From NCBI RefSeq assembly GCF_006345805.1, contig NW_021827789.1:1-9985 (forward strand): 9,985 nucleotides of DNA, written 5' to 3'. The notes beneath the pieces were generated by a model. The model worked only from the letters and a program-made list of their open reading frames with translations. It ran no database searches and was not told where the DNA came from. Positions 1 to 6,892 of the stretch are shown piece by piece. Both the position numbers and the translations under genes were made by a program. Every line of letters starts with the position of its first letter. Positions within the stretch are counted from its first letter, which is position 1. This DNA comes from Octopus sinensis (Eukaryota).

Positions 1-62
1 TATACGCCAAGAAACCGGGAAACCGGCCCTTATGAGCCAGGCATAAGGAACAAACAAACAAC
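1..62 (+). mobile_element. 3' end of family-B2 SINE, cut by the window edge
   Basis: TATACGCCAAGAAACCGGGAAACCGGCCCT...GAGCCAGG matches 4562-4628 almost exactly, apart from an 8-nt deletion (GGCTCGAA); ends in an AACA-rich tail. Confidence 0.85.
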
Positions 63-150
63 ATTGATGGATGGATAAAATGCTCTCTAACATAAACAAG
101 ACCCTAGTTCCGAGATAGCTCAATAGATAGATGGTGATGATGAGAATGGC

Positions 151-220
151 GATGACGATGATAATGATGATGATGATGATGATGATGACGATGATGATGA
201 CGATGATGATGAGGATGATG
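151..220. repeat. Imperfect (GAT)n microsatellite
   Basis: Read directly; interrupted by GAC, AAT and GAG units. Confidence 0.95.
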
Positions 221-227
221 TCGACGA

Positions 228-462
228 AGGCGATTGAGAAGGAGGAGAAGGAAAAATAAGAAACGATGAAGAGTAGAATTTAAAAAAAAAGAGAAGGAAG
301 AAAAGAAAGAAGGAGGAATAAGTAGAAGAAGGAGAAAGACAGAAGAAGTATGAAGATGAAGAAGAAGAAATAGAAGAGGAGTTAGAAGAAGAAAAAGAAC
401 CCGTGGAAATTGTAGTGGTAGTAGTAGCGGTAGCAGTGATAGTAGTTGTAGTAGTAGTAGTA
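228..462. repeat. Purine-rich GAA/GGA low-complexity tract followed by imperfect (GTA)n (412-462)
   Basis: Read directly. Confidence 0.9.
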
Positions 463-928
463 TTTATAGGTTTACAATCGTCTCGAGAAAAACCCAGTAG
501 AAGATCCTTCAAAACTATAACTCCCAAAATTATGAGATAGTAATTTATAGACTGACTCCAACAGAATAATTTCCCCCATACAAACGAAACAAAGATTTAC
601 AAAAATGCAGAAAATTTGGCGAAGAAAATAGATGAATATTTATTATTGGTTGCTATTTCTAGCACGCCGAACGACCATGTAAAGAATCTCCTCGCGTACA
701 CAGGCTTCTTATAGTTTCAGCTGTTGATTCTACAGCTCTTGTTATTGTTCTTGCCGGATTTTGTTGTTGTTTTTCTTCTGTAGTCCTAATCTCCCGAATA
801 TTGTTGCTTTGTGTCTTGTTAACATTTTATTGACATTTCCCTTAGTCACCTTTCATTAGTTTAGCGAAGTCAAAATCCTGTTTTCTGCCTTCCCCCAGTC
901 ACCTACAGTCTGGCACCAGCATCACCGC

Positions 929-1223
929 TACCACCATCCTCCCACCAATCCCACCACCACCACCACCACCACCACCACAACCACCTCCACCACCACCACC
1001 ACCACAACCACCACCACCACCACCGACTCCACCACCACCGACTCCACCACCACCGACTCCACCACCACCGACTCCACCACCACCGACTCCACCGCCGCCG
1101 CCTCCACCGCCACCACCACCACCACCACCACCACCACCACCAATACCACCACCACCACCACCACTACCACCACCACCACCACCACCACCGCCGCCTCCAC
1201 CACCACCACCACCACCACCACCG
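929..1223. repeat. (CCA)n microsatellite with an embedded 15-bp higher-order repeat (CCACCACCACCGACT)x5 at 1014-1088
   Basis: GACT recurs at 1025, 1040, 1055, 1070 and 1085. Confidence 0.95.
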
Positions 1224-1261
1224 TCATCATACGTCTCTCGTTCATTCATTATCGTCCTCGT

Positions 1262-1494
1262 CTCTTCGTCCATCACCATCATCTTTTTGTTGTTGCTTGC
1301 CTCCTTTTTGCTTTTCTTCTTCCTCATCTTCCTCATTCCCCCACTTTCTTCTCCCCTCTCTATTCTCCTTCTTCACCGTTCTTCCCCTCCTCCTCTCCGT
1401 CTCTTCGTCGTCGTCGCCGTCGACCTCCGCCTCCTCCCCTCCTCTTCCACTTCTTCTTCTTCTTCTTCTTCTTCTTTTTCTTCTACCATTTTTT
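1262..1494. repeat. Pyrimidine-rich TCT/CCT/CGT low-complexity tract
   Basis: Read directly; includes (TTC)n near 1452-1475. Confidence 0.85.
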
Positions 1495-1675
1495 AGTCAA
1501 TCATATTTCTTTCAATTTGCTCATTTGTACGATGTACATTATTATTCTTGTTTTTATATTTTAGTTTAAAATTAAAATGAAGAGAAAAGAAATTAAAAGA
1601 AAAAAATATTTTAAATGGAAAAATATAACAAGAAATTCCATAATCATAACAATAATATAAATATTGGTGATAATA

Positions 1676-1865
1676 AAAATAATAATAATGATGATGATGA
1701 TGTTGATGATGACGCTGATGAATCATGATGATAAGTCGATAGTGATGATGATGGTGGTAGTGGTGGTGGTGGTGCTGGCGCTGCTGATGGTAGTGATGAA
1801 AAAGAAGTCGGCGAAAAAGATGATGAAGAAGAAAAAGAAGTAAAAGAAGAAAAAGATGAACGATA

Positions 1866-1904
<39 letters not shown>

Positions 1905-2075
1905 TAGGCGATGGACAAGGAGGAGAAGGAAAAAGAAGAAAACGATGAAGAGAAGGAGGAGAGCTAAACAGAGAATGAAGAAGAGAAAGGACGAAGAAAT
2001 AGGAGGAGAAAGAGAAAGGGAAAAAGAAGTACGAAGATGGAGTAGAAGACATAAAAGAAGAACAAGAACAAGTGG
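1676..2075. repeat. AAT/GAT/GGT/GAA low-complexity patchwork with perfect (GAT)12 at 1868-1903
   Basis: Read directly. Confidence 0.9.
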
Positions 2076-2079
2076 AAAC

Positions 2080-2080
<1 letters not shown>

Positions 2081-2117
<37 letters not shown>

Positions 2118-2219
2118 GAAGAAGAAGAAGAAGAAGAAGAAGAAGAAGAAGAAGAAGAAGAAGAAGAAGAAGAAGAAGAAGAAGAAGAAGAAGAAGAAGA
2201 AGAAGAAGAAGAAGAAGAA
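2081..2219. repeat. Compound microsatellite (GTA)12-G-(GAA)34
   Basis: Perfect (GTA)12 at 2081-2116 and perfect (GAA)34 at 2118-2219. Confidence 0.97.
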
Positions 2220-2614
2220 ATGAGTAGCGGTCTCTGAAGAGAAAACAGATGTTTTAAAAGAAAAGAAAACGATAAAATAACAAACAAGAAAATTCAAATA
2301 TGTAAAAAAAACAAAGAAAAATACAACGAATAACTCAAACTTCAAAGTGAAAGTAAATTGCAATGAATGACACATATATGTTACGAAGTTACGCACGTCG
2401 CATCTGTATGCCTATACACACATATGCACATATGTACGCATAAACGTACACACAGATGAGCACAGCAAAAGAACAACAACAAGAATAACCGCCAACAACA
2501 ATAACAAGAGCACAAAATTCAACGACCTACAACTAAGTACAAAACAATAAACATTAACACACTAGCAGAGTTCAAGTGATTCGGCAAACAGGAGTTGATT
2601 GGGTGTGGGGTACA

Positions 2615-2647
2615 GTGTGTGTATGTGTATGTGTGTGTGTGTGTGTG
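2615..2647. repeat. Imperfect (GT)n dinucleotide repeat
   Basis: Read directly; two GTAT interruptions. Confidence 0.9.
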
Positions 2648-2925
2648 AGGGTGGCAGGAGAAGAGTAAGAAAAAAGAAGAGGAGGAGGAGGAGGAGGAGG
2701 GGAGGAAATGGAGGAGAAGATGGTGAGGCTGGTAAAAATAAAAAGAGCTACTCAATAAGCAAAACAAAACGAAAGCAAAAACAAAGAAAAAAAATACGAA
2801 ATTTACGTTTAAAAAAGTAGCGATAATAAAACAAGTTTGGATTACTGAACAAAATAATTTGTAAGAGTTAAAGGAGGAAAAGACAAAAAATTAAGTGAGT
2901 AACATATTGCCGCCTCTCCCATTAG

Positions 2926-2964
<39 letters not shown>
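2926..2964. repeat. (AAC)13 microsatellite, grading into AAC/AAT repeats up to the SINE tail at about 3015
   Basis: Read directly. Confidence 0.95.
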
Positions 2965-2966
<2 letters not shown>

Positions 2967-3006
2967 AACAAACAACAGCAATAATAATAACAGCATCAAC
3001 AACAAC

Positions 3007-3214
3007 AATAATAATCCCTTCTACAATAGGCACAAGGCCTGAACTTTTTGGGGGAGGGTCCAGTGAATTAAATCGACCCCCAGTAAGTAACTGGTGCTTA
3101 TTTTATCGACCCCGAAAGGATGAAAGGCAAAGACGACCTCAGCGGAATTTGAACTCAGAACGTAAAGACGGACCAAGTGCCGCAATGCAGTTTGCCCGGT
3201 GTGCCAATGATTCT
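3007..3214 (-). mobile_element. Family-A SINE with type-1 3' end (…CAGGCCTTGTGCCTATTGTAGAAGGG + (ATT)n tail), slightly 5'-truncated
   Basis: Reverse complement contains the B-box-like GAGTTCAAATTCC and the central block CTTTGCCTTTCATCCTTTCGGGGTCGAT shared with other copies; short (ATT)3 tail. Confidence 0.88.
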
Positions 3215-3680
3215 TATTTCTTTACTGCCCACAAGGGGCTACACACAGAGGGGACAAACAAGGATAGACAAACGGATTAAGTCGATTATATCGACCCCAG
3301 TGCTGGTCCAATGAATTAGATCGACCCCAGTAAGTAACTGGTGCTTATTTTATCGACCCTGAAAGGATAAAAGGCAAAGTCAACCTCGGCGGAATTTGAA
3401 CTCCGAACGTAATGGCAGACGAAATATCTATTTCTTTACTACCCAGAAGGGGCTAAACACAGAGAGGACAAACAAGGACAGACAAACGAATTAAGTCGAT
3501 TACATCGACCCCAGTGCGTAACTGGTACTTAATTTATCGACCCCGAAAGGATGAAAGGGAAAGTCGACCTCGGCGGAATTTGAACTCAGAACACGAAAAC
3601 AGACGAAATACCTATTTATATTTATTTACTACCCACAAGGGGCTAAACAGCATTTCGCACGGCGTGCTAAACAATTCTGC
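3215..3680 (-). mobile_element. Family-A SINE multimer with type-2 3' end: units start at 3215, 3429 and 3613 (last one largely deleted); head remnant at 3649-3680
   Basis: TATTT(C)TTTACT.CCCA.AAGGG recurs at each unit start; 3429 to 3613 is 184 bp; head-like GCATTTCGCACGGCGTGCTAA at the right end. Confidence 0.88.
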
Positions 3681-4066
3681 TATGTCAAGATAAAGAAACC
3701 AAGAAACAGACATGTGAGAATTTGACTAAGGATAATGTTACACATACTTTCAAATCGATAACAGAAGTCAAAGTATGGGATGCAACAAACGAAAGAAAAG
3801 ATTACGATGAAATGTATAAACACAATATACTAATATCCGAAGCCAAATTAAATGCCAAAAATAAGATATTAGATTCAATAACTTAGTCGTTTTCGTAATA
3901 AGATGATGTTACAATATTCCCAGCTGGCGGGTAAATAAATTAGCTGGACTAGACTGGAAAACAAGTAAAATAATGATCGTATTTAGAATAGGTTATCCAA
4001 AAGAAACAGAGTGATTATGTTTCCGATTATTGCAATGCAGTAAAAGTCTTTTATATCCATAGATGT

Positions 4067-4320
4067 GGAGGCGCGTGGCTTAGTGGTTAGGGTGTCAGTA
4101 TCATGATCGTAAGATTGTGGTTTCGATTCCTGGACCGGGCGATGCGTTGTGTTCTTGAGCAAATCACTTCATTTCACGTTGCTCCAGTCCACTCAGCTGG
4201 CAAAAATGAGTAACGCTGCGATGGACCGGCGTCCCGTCCAGCTGGGGAACACATACACCATAGAAACCGGGAAACCGGGCCCATGAGCCTGGCTAGGCTT
4301 TAAAAGGGTGCATTTATTTT
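4067..4320 (+). mobile_element. tRNA-derived SINE, family B1 (central part resembles the CORE domain)
   Basis: A box TGGCTTAGTGG at 4076-4086; B box GTTTCGATTCC at 4120-4130; TGTGTTCTTGAGCAAATCACTT…AAAATGAGTAA resembles the CORE consensus as I remember it (not searched); T-rich tail. Confidence 0.82.
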
Positions 4321-4323
4321 AGT

Positions 4324-4630
4324 GGAGGCACATGGCCTGGTGGTTAGAGCAGCGGAGTCGCGGTCGAGGGATCGCGGGTTCGAATCTCAGACCGGGTGAT
4401 GTGTGTGTTTATGAGCGAAAACACCTAAGCTCCACGCGGCTCCGGCAGAAGGTAATGGCGAAACTTCTGCTGATTCTTTCGCCACAATTTTCTCTCACTC
4501 TTTCCTCCTGCATCTTGCAGCTCACCTGCGACGGACCGGCGTCCCGTCCAGGTGGAGAACCTATACGCCAAGAAACCGGGAAACCGGCCCTAATGAGCCA
4601 GGTATGGCTCGAAAAGGAACAAACAACAAA
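4324..4630 (+). mobile_element. tRNA-derived SINE, family B2 (same 3' module as B1, different middle)
   Basis: A box TGGCCTGGTGG at 4333-4343; B box GGTTCGAATCT at 4377-4387; 3' module CTGCGA.GGACCGGCGTCCCGTCCAG…GAAACCGGGAAACCGG shared with B1; AAC-rich tail. Confidence 0.85.
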
Positions 4631-4631
4631 C

Positions 4632-4770
4632 TCATGATTGTAAGATAGGGGTTCGATATCTAGGCAGGCGGTACTTTGTGTTCTTAAACAAAATACTTCA
4701 CTTCATGTTGCTGCCGTCCACTCAACAGTAAATAGGTAACTCTGCTGCAGACTGGCCGTTTCGTTCAGGG
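4632..4770 (+). mobile_element. Old, diverged, truncated B1-type SINE
   Basis: TCATGATTGTAAGAT…TGTGTTCTT…ACTTCA.TTCA.GTTGCT…GTCCACTCA aligns by eye with 4101-4230. Confidence 0.7.
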
Positions 4771-4815
4771 AGAAAGTTGGCCTGTGTTAGGGGTAAGACG
4801 ACCAACGGTATTTTT

Positions 4816-5051
4816 AAGGCAGTAAGCTGGCAGAAACGTTAGCATGCCGGACGAAATGCCTAGCGGTATTTCGTCTGCCGCTACGTTCTGAGTTCAAATT
4901 GCGCCGAGGTCGACTTTGCTTTCATCCTTTCGGGGTCGATTAAATAAGTTCCAGTTACGCACTGGGGTCGATATAATCGACTTAATCAGTTTGTCTGTCC
5001 TTGTTTGTCCCCTCTATGTTTAGCCTCTTGTGGGTAGTAAAGAAATAGGTA
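4816..5051 (+). mobile_element. Family-A SINE, full-length monomer with type-2 3' end
   Basis: Head AAGGCAGTAAGCTGGCAGAAACGTTAGC; B-box-like GAGTTCAAATT; central block; ends GTGGGTAGTAAAGAAATAGGTA with no poly(A) or microsatellite tail. Confidence 0.9.
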
Positions 5052-5559
5052 CTGATGAAACTAGTCGAGTTGTTCTCGAAACCGTTCTACAGAGAAAGTC
5101 TTGTTGTTAAACGCTCAGACTATATTTACATAATGAGGTTAAATATAGAGTGGCGTCAATTAGTTTAAAAACAAGATTATACTGATAATTAAACTTTTAT
5201 TCATTAATTATTTCCGTTTTCATTTTATCACTTTCGATACAAACCTTGTATATGAATAAAAAGAGATGTTTTTTCCTCTTTTAAGTGACGAAAGTTTAAA
5301 GACGAAAATTTTAATCAGCATAATGTAATTATTGACAGTATTAATATTGGCGCCACAAAAATGAACGTTTAATTTAAATATTCGATATTGTGCTTTATCT
5401 AAGTAAGAAGAACTATTAATAACTGTTTGATTAATTATTGTATGGTCTGTTGTGACGGGGAACTGAAAAGTTTATCATTACAGACGTGATAAGGAATCGT
5501 TTAACTGCAGAAGCTGAAATGAAATTTTCGAGTCGTTGATGATGGAGTGTGATGTTTAA

Positions 5560-5779
5560 CCCTTTAGTATTTAAACCGGCCATATTAGGCCAAAATTGTC
5601 TCCCTGCTTTGTGCTAAAACCAGCCAGCTCTGACCTCTCACACCTATCCTACAAAGTCATTCTAAAATTAAACAGGGACATCATCAAAATCTCAGAGCTA
5701 CAAGATGCTGTACAATTAATTTAAAACAATGTAATTAAACAGACTTTACATTTGACAGAGTAATCTGAATGCTAAAGGG
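5560..5779. mobile_element. Non-autonomous piggyBac-type DNA transposon (MITE), 220 bp
   Basis: TTAA at 5556-5559 and 5780-5783; TIRs CCCTTTAGTATTTA and reverse complement CCCTTTAGCATTCA (12/14); CCC…GGG ends with a TTAA duplication are the piggyBac signature; no coding capacity. Confidence 0.85.
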
Positions 5780-5835
5780 TTAATAGCTGCTGCCCACCAT
5801 TCTGTTGTCTTCAGAAGAAGGTCACTCATAGACTC

Positions 5836-5868
5836 AGGCGCAGGTGTGGCTTCGTGGTAAGAAGTTTG
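5836..5868 (+). mobile_element. Isolated 5' head (A box only) of a family-B-like SINE
   Basis: AGGCGCAGGTGTGGCTTCGTGGTAAG resembles AGGCGCGTGGCTTAGTGGTTAG at 4069-4090; no B box follows. Confidence 0.55.
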
Positions 5869-6676
5869 GATGTTAAGACTTGTCTCAAAGCATGAAAAGA
5901 AGAAAACATCATACTCAGTAACAAAACAGACAAAGGAATATATAAGAGATTTCCAAATACAACAAATTCCAGAATTAGACGTACTAGAAACAAGCGCAGA
6001 AAAAGCTAAGCATATGAAAACTCGTACTAAAACTGCTGCTTTAGATATTCTTACTAATAAATAGCGAATAATGCCGATGTTGACAAAGCCTTTACCCATC
6101 AATGGCTTAAAAATGATCACATCTCACTCCTCTGGAATTTCACCATTCAAACTGACAGAAAGATAGATGCAAATAGGCCAGACATTATATTGAAAGACTT
6201 CAGACAAAAATCATGCTTCCTCATTGATATGACTGTCCCAATCGATATAAATATATCTCTCAAGACCTACCAAAAACTGAGCAAGTATAAAGATCTTGAA
6301 ATAGAAATTAGCAAAATGTGGAACCTTAAGACTAAAACAATACCTGTTGTCATAGGTGCCCTAGGAATGATAGCAAAAGGGGCTGATTGCTACCTAGCTC
6401 AAATGCCAGGGAACGCCAAAATGGCAGAAATTCAAACGACAGTGCTCGTAGGAACTGCTCAAATCCTATGTAAAATGCTATGTAATCTCAAATTTTAAAA
6501 CAAACTCAATTTTCTTATGATTTCTTAAACATTCTCTAGAACAATACTATGTGCAAAACCAAATATATGGCACCCTTGGCATAACACCAACATGAACTTC
6601 TAACTTGTTGTCTCTTGAGGTATTTCGGTGAGACTTGGAGCCAACTTGTACAAATACAAAGCAAAAGTTAAACCTA
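5869..6676 (+). mobile_element. 5'-truncated 3' end of an R4/Dong-like non-LTR retrotransposon (RLE type), with 3' UTR at 6499-6676
   Basis: Encodes a restriction-like endonuclease motif (next feature); about 180-nt 3' UTR followed directly by (TAA)n. Confidence 0.8.
6061..6498 (+). pseudogene. C-terminal restriction-like endonuclease (PD..D) domain of a non-LTR retrotransposon ORF; fragment only
   Basis: Frame +1 is open from 6061 to the stop at 6498 (longer than the track ORF): …LLWNFTIQTDRKIDANRPDIILKDFRQKSCFLIDMTVP…KYKDLEIEISKMW…IPVVIGALG. This fits the W-x-TD…NRPD…ID.xVP…KY…W…PVVIGALG pattern of R4/Dong-clade RLEs. The upstream piece 5870-6064 is in frame +2. Confidence 0.85.
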
Positions 6677-6711
6677 TAATAATAATAATAATAATAGTAA
6701 TAATAATAATA

Positions 6712-6754
<43 letters not shown>

Positions 6755-6770
6755 TAATAATAATAATAAT
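6676..6770. repeat. (TAA)n microsatellite, about 95 bp with three interruptions
   Basis: Read directly; lies between the LINE 3' end (+) and a SINE 3' end (-). Confidence 0.97.
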
Positions 6771-6892
6771 GCTTTCTACTAAAGGCACAAGACCTGGTAT
6801 TTTGGGGGAGGGGTTAAGTTGGTTATATTGACCCCAACTGGTACTTATTTTATCAACTCCCGAAACGATGAAGGATAAAGTCGACTTCGGCG
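6771..6892 (-). mobile_element. 5'-truncated family-A SINE with type-1 3' end
   Basis: CTTTCTACTAAAGGCACAAGACCTG…GGGGGAGGGG…ACTGGTACTTATTTTATC…AAAGTCGAC aligns with 3016-3145. Confidence 0.8.

Noticed and set aside
1350-1440. Possible inverted third copy of the 228-273 / 1906-1952 module
   Set aside because: Only short purine-rich words match on the reverse strand; not distinguishable from compositional similarity.
120-3033. Track ORFs with poly-S, G, V, H, K, F or I runs
   Set aside because: They are translations of triplet microsatellites, open on both strands and in several frames, with no recognisable domain.
4324-4400. Genuine tRNA gene (also considered at 4067 and 4816)
   Set aside because: A and B boxes are present, but I could not fold a complete cloverleaf, and each continues into SINE body and tail shared with other copies.
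4332-4637. 101-aa ORF
   Set aside because: Coincides exactly with the GC-rich B2 SINE; incidental.
4807-4810. GGTA before and after the 4816-5051 monomer as a TSD
   Set aside because: The upstream copy is not adjacent to the head, and terminal GGTA is also the start of the next unit in multimers.
5746-6120. 124-aa minus-strand ORF
   Set aside because: Antisense to the LINE fragment and crosses MITE, SINE-head and LINE boundaries.
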